A stretch of DNA of 63,354 nucleotides from NCBI RefSeq assembly GCF_000372725.1, contig NW_005201318.1, forward strand, positions 164,342 to 227,695, given 5' to 3'. Shown one piece after another: positions 12,115 through 22,365 of this stretch. A program made the position numbers and the translations under genes. This DNA is from Emiliania huxleyi CCMP1516. Taxonomy: Eukaryota. Every line of letters starts with the position of its first letter. Position 1 is the first letter of the stretch. Under the pieces are notes generated by a model, which was given only the letters and a program-made list of their open reading frames with translations, ran no database searches and was not told the origin of the DNA.

Positions 12115-13010
12115 GTGCTCCAGGACGAGCTCCAGCGAAAGCTCGGCCTTTGGCTCTCCGCGGCGCTTCCCACCCTTCGGGTCGCGCTCGAGCGGGGCAT
12201 GCCAGTCGATTTCTTCGGCGACTACCTTTACAACAAGGCCCACCACCGGCGGCCCCACGACGGCGTCCTCGCCGCCTGGGCGGACGCGATGCGCGCCCCG
12301 GCCAACGCGCCGGTCGTGCACGGCGACAAGGAGAAACCAGAGCTCACCCGGCAGTACAACGAGGGGTACAAGACTGACCTCGCAGAACCCCATGCGGGAC
12401 CAGGAGGGTGCGATGACGTGAATGAAATCAAGCTCTGGACGCCCCTCCTCAAAGACCTCCTCGCCGGGCGTTGGCAACGCCTCGAGTGGCGGCACGCCCG
12501 CCTCCGTTGGCCACTCCTACGCCTTTGGTAACACCGAAGAGAAGGCCCGCCGCCTAAACATGGGCTGCAAGGCGCGCGGGCAGCCCGGCCAACCCTTCTC
12601 CCACAAGACCGGCCACGGCTACGTCAAGGCGCATCGCGGTTTCTACCACGACGCGATCTTTGTCAAGCGCAACAACTTCAACCTGCTGCTCCACGAGACG
12701 TTCGGCGGCGGCTTCTCGCCCACCGCCGTTCTCAAACTGCGCCGCCTCGCGCGCAAAGTCGCGCGCGGCAGCGTCGACCGCACGGCCTACTCGCCCAAGT
12801 ACTCGCTCTCTTTTATGTCCCACCATGCAGAGCGCATCTCTCTCTCTGTTGTGCGAGGCGTGAACCGCGCCATTCGCTCTCACCTGGCAACCCTGTCTGC
12901 ACGTCTCGCGCGCGCGTGAACAGGGCTCCAGGCCCCAAATGACGTGTGAGTGTTAGATTTGTTTTTTTGTGATTTGTTTGTGTTTTGATTTGTTTGGTAT
13001 TGCTAAAAAT
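12115..13010 (+). mobile_element. 5'-truncated CRE-clade (restriction-like endonuclease) non-LTR retrotransposon, frameshifted
   Basis: DFFGDY...RRPHD, TDLAE...NEIK (PD-D/ExK-like), LLHETFGG and ERISLSVVRG are typical CRE C-terminal motifs. Frameshift near 12450; stop at 12919. The 3' UTR recurs at 18626, 20574 and 55351. Confidence 0.75.
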
Positions 13011-13093
13011 TTCTCTCAAAATTCTTCCTTTCCGGCGTCCCGGCTTTCGCTTTATCGACCCTTTTTCTTCTCTCCTTCCATTTTATGATATAT

Positions 13094-14303
13094 GAAAGAA
13101 AGAATCAGTAACCAGCCTCCGGCGGGGCCCCCCGCTACCATCCAAACCCGAGTACAAAGCGCGCCTCCTGCGCGCCTCTCCGACGCTGCGCAGATGGTCT
13201 ACGAATCATAGAGGCTCAAGTGACAAGTCCACACACACACACGCCGCACGCCGGGGACACCGCGGTCACCCGCGGGTGCCATCTCGCATCTGCCATACAC
13301 AAAGCATTACTCTCACGACACACGGGGATCGGGTGGAGCGGCGGCGGCGGCGGCAGTGGCACGCGCGGGCGGACGGACTCGGACGGGGCGGAGCAGCGAC
13401 CGCCTGGGCGGCCGCTGCTCTGTCTGCCTGAGCGCGCCGTCTGTGCGCAGCTCGAGCGCGGTCAGGTGCACAGGGAAGCGTGGCGGCGCGGGGAAACGCG
13501 GCGGCGGTGGCGGCGGCGGCGGCGGCAGCGGCTCGCGCGGGCGGACGGATTCGGACGGGGCGGAGCAGCGACCGCCTGGGCGGCCGCTGCTCTGTCTGCC
13601 TGAGCGCGCCGTCTGTGCGCAGCTCGAGCGCGGTCAGGTGCACAGGGAAGCGTGGCGGCGCGGGGAAACGCGGCGGCGGTGGCGAGCAGGCGAGCGGCCC
13701 GCGCGCGATGAGGCGGACAGGTGATCGGCAGGCGGGTGATGGGCCGCAGAGTGACCGCGCCCAGCGATCGGAGGCGAGCCGATCGTCGCTCGGCCGCTGC
13801 TGACCTCGAAGGCGTGCGGAGCGCGACTGTCGGTGTCGGGGGGCGGCCGTCATGTGGCGAGGAGGGAGGACGACAAGTGCGCGTCGTACGGGTCGCTCTT
13901 CATCGGCCAGTCGAGCGGCACTCAAGTCGAGACCGAGCATGGGCGACGAAAAGCCCCCGGTGGGGCCGGTGGAGGTACTCGTAGGACGAGATTCGTTTCG
14001 CGCTTTCAAAAGCGGCTTCGCGCGCAGCGCAACTTTGGGTTTGCCACGAAAAGCTTATCCGGCTGGAAAGGGGGCTACTGGGGCGGCCAATTCACACCTC
14101 GCGGGACTACTTATGTTTTCGTAAACGTAGTCGTGGCCCCCCGCTACGTCGCACGAGTGCAACTGGGTAGCGGGGGGCTAAGAAAGAAAACAGACAGCAG
14201 GGAGGGATGGGAGGACGGCGGCACGCCGCCACCACACAGGGATTTTAAGGAGAGGGGTGTGATGCGCTAGCCGTCGCCCACCCTAGGGAGTCTGCCTCTT
14301 CCT
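13094..14303 (-). mobile_element. LINE family A short copy whose (TTTC)n tail is interrupted by a Helentron-like element
   Basis: Body at 14181-14303; remainder of tail GAAAGAAAGAA at 13094-13104. CTTCCATTTTA flanks it at 13075-13085 and 14308-14318. Confidence 0.75.
13105..14180 (-). mobile_element. Helentron/Helitron2-like non-autonomous element (HINE-like), copy B
   Basis: Shares about 115 bp of 5' end (TAGCCCCCCGCTAC...GTAGCGGGGGGC hairpin) and the 3' end (GTAGCGGGGGGC + short stem-loop + TTACTGA) with 18776-20515. Removing it restores a perfect (GAAA)n run, so there is no TSD. Internal 172-bp tandem duplication (13362/13534). Confidence 0.8.
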
Positions 14304-14318
14304 ATCTCTTCCATTTTA

Positions 14319-15562
14319 AGAAAGAAAGAAAGAAAACAGACAACCCAAGGGAGGGATGGGAGGACGGCGCGCCGCCACCACACAGGGATTTTAAGGAGAG
14401 GTGTGTGGTGCGCTAGCCGTCGCCCACCCTAGGGAGTCTGCCTCTTCCTATCTCTCTTCGCAGTCTCTCGCCGATTCTCGCTGCAATCTTCATGCCACCT
14501 CGCGGTCGTCCCACTCTCGTCGTTCTCTCCCTTGTCATTTCCTCCTCTGTCGCGTCGTTCTCTTCTGCCTCGTCCTGTGACGCCGCCGCCTGCCGGTCCC
14601 TTGTTCTCGCGGCTTCTTTCGCCTTTCGGCGCAACTCCGTCCTCCTCGCGGCGTATCCTGGCCCCTCGAGTCTATCGAGCTCCCCTCGCGCAAGGACCAC
14701 ATTTCTGACTCCCACTCCGATCATTTGCCTCCAAGTCATGTTGTTGCTCAGGTCCACTCTCTCTTCGAACACTCGTGCCTCTACGGATGATGCCGGCGCT
14801 GGGGTCCCCTTCGGATGCATCGTGACATCTGACAACTGGATTTCCACTGGTTCGTCCTCCTCGGAGTCATCTTCCCCGTCCTCCTTCCGCTCGGCTCTCC
14901 GCTCGGTACGTTCGGCGTGGCTCACCCTCCATGCCGTGAACAGGCGCTTTATCCACCCTATATTCTTCTCTCGTTCCTCTGCCCGTGCCCTGGTCTTGTC
15001 GTTGTTTCGCACCCATGTCTGTATGGCAGTCGAGGCTGCCTTCCCCACTACCTGTAGTTCACTCGTCACCTCTCCCGCGAGCTCCCTTCTCTTTCTTTCG
15101 GGTATGGAGTCCGTGAGTGCGGGTAGCGTGCAGGCAATCACGGGCGCTATTTTGTCGTACTCCTCTTCGGCGAGCGCTCCAAATCTAGACCCTTTCGCCT
15201 TTAAGGAGGCTGCCCTCGCTCGTCTCAGGAATGTGGCGGTGTCTTTTGGGTCCGGCGCCTCCCGTTCAACTCTTGCTGTCGCCCTCGCTGTGTGTTTGTC
15301 GAGCTTCCGCATGAAGTGACGCGCCTCTTCCTTATTTCCAGCGCAGCTGCCGCTCAGTATGTGCGCCAACGACGCCTGTGGTGGCTCACTGTCTTCTTGT
15401 TTCCAGTCGTCCCAGTCTTTCAGTTCCCCGCGTCTCCTCCTTGCCTCGCGCGCCTCTTTTGTGGCCTCATCCCTAGCCGCTTTGCACGCTCTGCATCCCC
15501 AGAACGCACTTCTCGTGGCGGGGCCCCTCATTCCCCGTTTCTTTTCCCCCTCTAGATTACGC
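14319..15562 (-). mobile_element. LINE family A, 1.24-kb 5'-truncated copy with ORF2 C-terminus
   Basis: ORF ends RGRLPRVGDG* (14413) and contains the CCHC-like motif CRAC...SLAHILSGSC. (TTTC)n tail. Direct repeat ATCTCTTCCATTTTA at 14304-14318 and 15563-15577. Confidence 0.88.
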
Positions 15563-15576
15563 ATCTCTTCCATTTT

Positions 15577-16632
15577 ATGGCAATCGAGGACGCCGAGCAA
15601 ATTCTTCCTTTCCGGCCCCGCGCATGCAGGGCTTCCCGTTGCGGACTCCAGCTCCAGCGAGGCGGGATCAGCAGGGCTTGCCCCTTTCGCGCCAGGCCAG
15701 TGGCTCGCTCCTGTTCCCAGGTGGGTCCGGAAACTGCTGGAACACAGGATCAGTTGAACGAAAAATCATTCACCGTTAGCGCCTCCCCTGCACGTGTAGG
15801 ATCAACCCCGGGAGCGCACGCATCGCCCACGAGCTGCTTCAAATCGCCCGCCCCCTTCTCCACGGCGGCCGCCTCGGGCGCCGCCTCGCGCTCTGCCTTT
15901 GAGCGCTCAGCCGCTCGCACGCCCGGTGAATTCTCACCGCAATACGTGCCGAGCGGTGCCTTTGCGGGCGGTGCCTCCGAGACAGTGCGCGGCCAGCTCG
16001 ACGCGCCTCCTCTCCAATCGCTCCACGACCTCGCTCCGGGAAGCGGCGACGTGTCTGCTGCCACCTCGCAACCGGCCCCTTCCCTCGCTCCGTCTTCCCT
16101 CGCTCCGTCTCAGCCGGCGTCGAGCGAGGGGGGGCACTGGGTGACCATCTTTGGCTACCACTCGGTCGCGATGGTCCCCCAGGTGCTTGCCCTGCTCCGT
16201 CCCTCTGGCGGGCAGGTTGTCCAGCAGGCCACGCTCTCTAGTGACACCCGCGAACTACTTGCAAGACAGCACGCTGTGTGTGCCCTTCAGCCCCCTCAAC
16301 CCCCCCCCCCCGCCCCCTGCGCGCGCGCACAACAGGTACCCGGCTCGGGGGCGTGGCTGCACCTGCGACTGGCGACGTGGCAACAGCAGCAAGAGGTCCT
16401 CGCCCGCCACGGCGCCGTCCTCCACGGCTGTATGATTGGCGTCATCGCTGGCGTCGTCCCTTCGGGGTCGATGGGTGCCTCGGCCGCCGCGGCGGGCCCT
16501 TTCCAGCCCGCGGCAGCGGCGGCGATGCCGATCTCGCTCTCGCGGCCCCGCCCGCCCGGCGGCATGCACGGCGCGCTCGATGAGCCACCGGGGCTGTTGC
16601 TGCGCATGTCCGAGTACTTCCTCGGCTGGTAG
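15577..16632 (+). CDS. NUP35: Nucleoporin Nup35/Nup53 (MPPN RRM-like domain), spliced
   Basis: WVTIFGY...GAWLHLR...ARHGAVLHGCMIGV and the C-terminal amphipathic LLRMSEYFLGW*. In-frame GC-AG intron about 16228-16335. Exact 5' exon structure uncertain. Confidence 0.85.
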   Translation: MAIEDAEQILPFRPRACRASRCGLQLQRGGISRACPFRARPVARSCSQVGPETAGTQDQLNEKSFTVSASPARVGSTPGAHASPTSCFKSPAPFSTAAASGAASRSAFERSAARTPGEFSPQYVPSGAFAGGASETVRGQLDAPPLQSLHDLAPGSGDVSAATSQPAPSLAPSSLAPSQPASSEGGHWVTIFGYHSVAMVPQVLALLRPSGGQVVQQATLSSDTRELLARQHAVCALQPPQPPPPAPCARAQQVPGSGAWLHLRLATWQQQQEVLARHGAVLHGCMIGVIAGVVPSGSMGASAAAAGPFQPAAAAAMPISLSRPRPPGGMHGALDEPPGLLLRMSEYFLGW

Positions 16633-17063
16633 AGTTTGGATTGCCTCCGACTCCACCGACCAAGGCTACCTCGCGAGGGCATGCCACTATGGACGCTACC
16701 GACACTCTCCGCACGCGGAGCCCTGCCAGTACCTCACACCTCCGCCACGCTCCGAGAACTTGCCAATCAAAACGGTCAAACTCTCTGCATATATGCGAGA
16801 CGAGATGTGGGGGATAGTTTGGACGCCGCGGGGGCCACTTCCGCTGTCCGGACTCACACTTGAGATATGAAGCAGTCGACACTATCAAAATACGTCAAAA
16901 ATGGGGCCCGGATAAGGTTGAGCTCGCATACTCCGTAGAGATACGTGCGGTCAACTGGCGTGGGCCATGCGGTCAAAAAATACAGTAAACACAGCTCTCT
17001 CCACAGAGAGCGCGCCGCCCCCCCCCCCCCGTCTCCCGCTCCTCGCCGTCTCTAGAGCGCGCG

Positions 17064-18361
17064 TCATTGCGCCTCGGACGCCTCTGCCGCCTTGGCTTTG
17101 CGCCGTTCCTTGACGTCCCAGTTGAAGACGCGCGCCATGTTCACCTCGGTGGTCGTGATCTGGTCCCGCAGCAGCGCCTGGTCCTCGTGCAGCTCCTGCG
17201 GGCGCGTGAGCGATGGCACATCAGAAGCCAGGGAGAGGAGGCCGCCGCGCTCCACCCCTCCGCCCCTGCCCCCTCCCCTGTCTCCCTCCCCGCCCTCCTG
17301 CAGCGTCTTCTTGGCCTCTGCCAGGTTCCGCTCGAGCAGCTCGATCGCCTGCGCCGCGCACGCCGGCGGTGTGAAGAGACCCACAGGCACACGTGGTTGG
17401 CACTGGCGCACCAACGCGTGAGGCACGGGTGGTGGTGGTGGTGTGTGTGTGTGTGGGGGGGGGGGGGGGGTGGATGCCTGTGTAGAGTTGTGACCGTGTG
17501 AGTGCCTGTGTGCCCACGTCGTGAACTGTGCCCACGTCGTCCTAGTGATCTCGTGAACTGTGCCCCGTCGTCCTAGTGATCGCGCCCACGCCGCCGCGAC
17601 AAGAGAGGGAAGGGGGGGGGGGGGAGGGAGGGGTCGCTAGACAGGGCGGCGGCGGTGAGGAGGCGCGTCGCCTCCTCTCGCCCATACTCGAGCATCACGT
17701 TGGCCCCCAGCCAGAGGCAGACCTGTCGCCCAGAGTTGCAGGTCAGTCGCCTTTCTTACTTGGTTGCGAGGCAAGGTGCTCCACAGGGCGAACCGTGTTC
17801 TCCCTGTGTACCGGGACGATGGCCTTGGCGTAGACACACTGCGCAAGCTCGTAGTGCACTGTGAGGGACTCACCTTGCTCGGCCTGAGACGGCACACGCG
17901 CCGGAAAGCTCGTCAAAACGTACGCCGTCAGGTGTTTCCTGGCGGGTTGAGTCCGGGCTCACAACGGGGAGACATGTACGCCTCGGCTGCGACAGCAGAG
18001 TCTTCCGTTCTCTCCCTCTATCGAGCCGCGGAGCCACGACGGCCTGGCTAGGCGGGCGGCGCACACCCGCTGCTGCATCTGGAGCAGAGCGTTGTACGTC
18101 GACTCAATGTCGGGCACCTTCGCCTGCAGCCGCTTCTTGCGCTGGGACATCCGCTGCTCGATCGCCTTGCAGGCGGAGTAGAAGGCCTGCAGCTTCTCCA
18201 GCGCCGCCTCGGCCGAGCCCTCCTTTACCTGCGCGAGTCAAAGGGATTGGCGGCGTGCGGTTTCGCGGTGCGCAGAGTGGGCCGTGGCTCCGCGGCACCA
18301 TGTACTTATCGATGTCATCGATGAAGGTGGCCACCGGGATTTGCTCGGTGCTCGCGCTCAT
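17064..18361 (-). CDS. PFDN3: Prefoldin subunit 3 (VBP1), multi-exon
   Basis: MSASTEQIPVATFIDD...KVPDIE...YELAQCVYAKA...VCLWLGANVMLEY...LRDQITTTEVNMARVFNWDVKERR. Confidence 0.95.
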
Positions 18362-18625
18362 GTCGGCCACTCTTGTGTCGCGTGCGTGCACCAACTATCT
18401 AGATAGCGGGGCGAGCGGGTGCTCGAGGGCGTTGGCCAGAGCGGAAGAACAAGAATTCTTCCGACGCACCCGCGCACTGCCACTGGCACTAACACAGGTA
18501 CACCAGAGAAGAAGAAATAACTTTCCGTCAAGGAGAGAGCGTTGCAGCGCGGCGCAACAAGAAGAAAAGCCACGGGGGCGCACCGTCAAGACATGCGCTT
18601 TTGGTTAGGCTGAACACAACAACAA

Positions 18626-18698
18626 CCAGGCCCCAAATTACGTGACAACACTCTCTAATTACGTGTGAGTGTTAGAGTTGTTTGGTATTGCTAAAAAT
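18626..18698 (+). mobile_element. Tiny 3' terminal copy of the CRE-like element
   Basis: CCAGGCCCCAAAT.ACGTG...ACGTGTGAGTGTTAGA...TTTGGTATTGCTAAAAAT matches 12928-13010. Confidence 0.75.
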
Positions 18699-18775
18699 CT
18701 CTCTCTCTGAACAAGCTTTTCCTCTCGCACCCCGTCTCTTTTCCTTTCCTTTTTTCTCTACAGCACCCTCTCTTT

Positions 18776-20515
18776 TAGCCCCCCGCTACCCAGTCGCAGT
18801 CGTGCGACGTAGCGGGGGGCCACGACTACGTTTACGAAAACATAAGTTGTTGCGCGAGGTGTGAATTGTTCCGCCCCCAGAAGCCCCATTTCGCCTCGAG
18901 TCGCAGCAAATCTTTTGACGATGCACGCGCCCCAAAAGCGGCGGCAAAGGGCGGGTGACCGCAGTGCGTTCGCCGTTGCCTCTGAGGAATGGCCGAGGCC
19001 GGCGCGAAGGCTGCAGTCGCTGCGCTCAAGGACGCGACCCTGATCAAGTCCAAGAAGGCCGACTGGCGGCTCGTCGCCGCGGCGCAGGCCATGCTCCGCG
19101 GCGATCACCCAGATGAGTTCGCCGCGGCTGCGGCGATGGGCAAGCCGATAAAGCAGCGGAGGGAGGTCTCAAACTGGTTGGACAAGCTCCGCGAGCTGGA
19201 GCGGATGCGCGCGTCGCTGCGCAGCCAGCCCGGGGGCAGCGGATCGGCGGCGGGCAGCAGCTTTCTCGCGCAGGTGGGCAGCAGCCTCCTCGCACAGCCT
19301 TGCTGGATTGACGAGCATGCACCGGGCGTGCAGCAGCTGCGCGTGTCGGCGCCGGTCATCTCGCCCGGCAAGCAGCACGCGACGCGCTCGCTCAGCGCGG
19401 TTGTGACGACGCCGCTCGGCTCGAAGCGTCCGGCCAGCGCGACGGTCGAATACACGCTGCCACCCGACGGCGAGCCGGCGAGCGCCTCAAAGCGGCGCGG
19501 CGACCGGCACCGCAAGCGCGAGGAGCGCGCCATCAGGTCAATGGACTTCAGCGAAGCAGCGCAGACCCACGCCTGGGTACGGCTGCCAGTCGATGCGCCA
19601 CCGTATGGGCTTTCTGCGGAGCTGCTGCTCAGTTCGGCTTGGATTACGCGGCATCTGACCCTGATCGAGCCGGGGAGCTTGGTGGTGGGCGAGCTGCAGC
19701 TCGTTGACGAGTTGACTGCTTTTCGCGAGATCCACGTGACGGTCGACGACGCCCACTTCCGCCCCTTGTGCGGATTTCCCGGATATTTATATCCGAACGT
19801 AGGCGATTTAGATGACTACCTCAAGAATCCGGTAGCCCCAGACGGGGAGAAGTGGCCGTCGTCGATGTTGGAGAGTAATTGCTGTGGTGCGCCAGTGCAG
19901 CTGATGACGATCACCTCCGACGTGAATGGGGTAGGGCGATCAACAGATGCTACAATGGTTGCTTGGCTGCGTCACGACTTCGAAAGTGATGGCTGGGACC
20001 ACGTCGCCTGGGACTTGGTAGGACGCCACCAAGTCAGTGGCGCGGTGGCGATGGGACGTGTGCCTGAGACGTCGTATGAGTACCTTGCAAAGTTCTATGA
20101 TGATTTCTATGGAGACAGAGCCACGTTGCGGCAAGACCAAGCCATCATATCATCTCTGACTGCGTCGAAGACCTGTGCTCAATGCAAGGGTGATGTGCCG
20201 GATGTTGCGGTGCGCTGGCGATGCGATGCGTGCGACTTTGATTGTTGCTTGGCGTGCGGCACCTCGCAGCAGGAGGACGGCCTTAGTACGGCGGTGGGGT
20301 ATGATCTGCCTCCCGCGGCGGGAGAGTCCCAAGCCGAGAGCAATCGTCGCAGGGAGCGTCACCGCAAACGCGAGGAGGCAGCTATTCGCGATCTTCACAG
20401 GTGGTGCGTGGGAGGTCGCGTGTGCGCGTGACCGTGCTCCGTGGTGTATTTATTTCGAGTTTTGGGACTTTTTGTGTAAATGTAGCGGGGGGCCCCGCCG
20501 GAGGCTGGTTACTGA
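18776..20515 (+). mobile_element. Helentron/Helitron2-like element, copy A, carrying a cargo ORF
   Basis: 5' subTIR GCCCCCCGCTAC 18778-18789, internal IR 18809-18820, 3' subTIR 20482-20493, 3' stem-loop 20494-20508. T-rich flanks and no TSD. Confidence 0.8.
18989..20431 (+). CDS. Intronless 480-aa protein with a ZZ-type zinc finger and a duplicated basic motif
   Basis: Uninterrupted ATG-to-TGA ORF. CAQC...RWRCDACDFDCCLAC is ZZ-like. YxLPP..GE....RR..RHRKREE.AIR occurs twice (19451-19537 and 20300-20389). Confidence 0.7.
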   Translation: MAEAGAKAAVAALKDATLIKSKKADWRLVAAAQAMLRGDHPDEFAAAAAMGKPIKQRREVSNWLDKLRELERMRASLRSQPGGSGSAAGSSFLAQVGSSLLAQPCWIDEHAPGVQQLRVSAPVISPGKQHATRSLSAVVTTPLGSKRPASATVEYTLPPDGEPASASKRRGDRHRKREERAIRSMDFSEAAQTHAWVRLPVDAPPYGLSAELLLSSAWITRHLTLIEPGSLVVGELQLVDELTAFREIHVTVDDAHFRPLCGFPGYLYPNVGDLDDYLKNPVAPDGEKWPSSMLESNCCGAPVQLMTITSDVNGVGRSTDATMVAWLRHDFESDGWDHVAWDLVGRHQVSGAVAMGRVPETSYEYLAKFYDDFYGDRATLRQDQAIISSLTASKTCAQCKGDVPDVAVRWRCDACDFDCCLACGTSQQEDGLSTAVGYDLPPAAGESQAESNRRRERHRKREEAAIRDLHRWCVGGRVCA

Positions 20516-20573
20516 TTTCTTTGTTCTTTTTTGTTTGTGTCACAAAATCGACAAACAAGACAACTCTCTCTCT

Positions 20574-20610
20574 CGTGTGAGTGTTAGAGTTGTTTGGTAT
20601 TGCTAAAAAT
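20574..20610 (+). mobile_element. Tiny 3' terminal copy of the CRE-like element
   Basis: CGTGTGAGTGTTAGAGTTGTTTGGTATTGCTAAAAAT is identical to 18662-18698. Confidence 0.7.
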
Positions 20611-21017
20611 CTTCGGCGCGGGCTCTCTGGGCTAGAGGGCTACGGGACCGGCCCCAGCTTCGGCTGAGGGCTAACAAGCTGCCGAGCCCAAATCACTGTG
20701 ACAGTCGTGATTTCTTGTTGGTTTCCTAAAATCTCTCTCTCTCAAATCTCAACTCTAACAATCCTACGTAATCAAATCTCTCTCTCTCTCTCAATTTTGC
20801 GTCAGATTCCTTGCCCCAGACCAGCTCTCAGACTCAAGGAAACTCGCGAGTTTCCAGAATGGAGCACCAAACACCCTCTGTTTTCCCTGGAAATTTCCGG
20901 AAACGCAAAGTGCTGGGGACCCCCTGTTTTCCTTTTTGTTTGCCGGAAAAGCTTGTGCAGGCCAAGCTTTTGGCCGGTGCCCGGTGGCCTCGGCCTCTTC
21001 GGAAAGGGTACCTCCGG

Positions 21018-22365
21018 CTGAGCCCTGGTCTGACAGCCTGACAGCAAACCCCGGACAGCGCCTGACAGTGCCCGACAGCCTGACAGCGTTGACAGCACTT
21101 TCTCTGACAGCCTGACAGCACGTATCTGACAGCCTGACAGCAGAGCCTGACATCAGAGGCGTCCCGTCGCTGTCAGGCCCTAACCTGACAGCCTGACAGC
21201 TGCCCGACAGCCCGACAGCACACAGCGGCCTGACAGCAGCGCTGACAGCCCGACAGCCCGACCAGCCCGACAGCAGCACAGACCGTACACAGGCCGTGCA
21301 GCCTCTTTCTTGTGCCCCATGAGGGTATAACAAAACTATTACATGCAAAGACATGTGTGTGTGGTTCATGTAGTCATGGGTTGGTCATGGGTCTCTCTCT
21401 CAACCCTCCCGCCCCACCTCTGCGGACCCTGGATGATGATGACGGTGACCACGCCCTTGCCTGCCTGTCACACACACACATAAGACGTGCATTCTCATCT
21501 CTCCCTCTTCTCTTTCTCTCCGCAGTTGCGGTGCTCTTCACCATGGAGGACAGCTCCAAGGTCTTTGCCATTGGCAACATCGAGCAGGTGGCCGTCGCCG
21601 ACGGCACGGTAGACGCGCGCCGCGCCACTGGCAGCTCGAGCGCAGAGTACCTGCGCCAGCTCTCGATGAGTCAGCGCAGCAACGGGGTCTTCATCAACGA
21701 CCCCAAGGGCCTCTTTATCCTCCGGTGGTACCGTGAGGTGAAGGGTGACGGGACCCCCCCAGACGGCCCGCGCTACCAGAACAGAGCGTGCAAGTACTAC
21801 AAGCTGACGAGCGACAACGATGGGGAGGCCTTCCGCTGGACCAGCAACTACCAGATCATCAGCAAGGTGTACCTGAAGAAGCACTCCACCCTGCCTCTCT
21901 GCTATTCTCTCAGTGCGGCAGACAAGAAGATGGTGACGTCCACCATGAAGAAGATGGTGGGACCGGAGGCAGAGTAGAGACTAGAGTATGTGCAGCAGAG
22001 TCCTGCTGGTCTCCTCTTGATAGTGTCATAAGTGTGGCTGGTGTGTGTCAGAGCCTGACAGCACCCCGACAGCACCACCTGACAGCACCTGACAGCAACA
22101 GCCCAACGTCTGACAGCAGCAGCAGCCTGACAGCTCTGACAGCTCCGACAGCGTCTGACAGCAACACCCGACAGCTCCGACAGCACCTGACAGCTACAGA
22201 TCCCCTCTGATGTCAGACACGCACCCGACAGCACCTGACAGCACTGACAGCACCCGACAGCTGGTCTGACAGAGGCACCTGACAGCGCCTGACAGCTGCC
22301 CGACAGCCTGACAGATCACCTGACAGCACCTGACAGCACCTGACAGCCTGACAGCCAGGGCTCAG
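21018..22365 (+). mobile_element. Non-autonomous DNA transposon, copy 2 (internally deleted relative to copy 1)
   Basis: Same TIR CTGAGCCCTGG. TSD ACCTCCGG at 21010-21017 and 22366-22373. About 370 bp shorter, with filler sequence at about 21365-21430. Confidence 0.93.

Noticed and set aside
20155..20265. TASKTCAQC...C..C as a TnpB/Fanzor zinc ribbon in a Helitron2-like element
   Set aside because: It continues RWRCDACDFDCCLAC (ZZ-type), with no DRDxNA RuvC-III or recognisable RuvC-I/II motifs.
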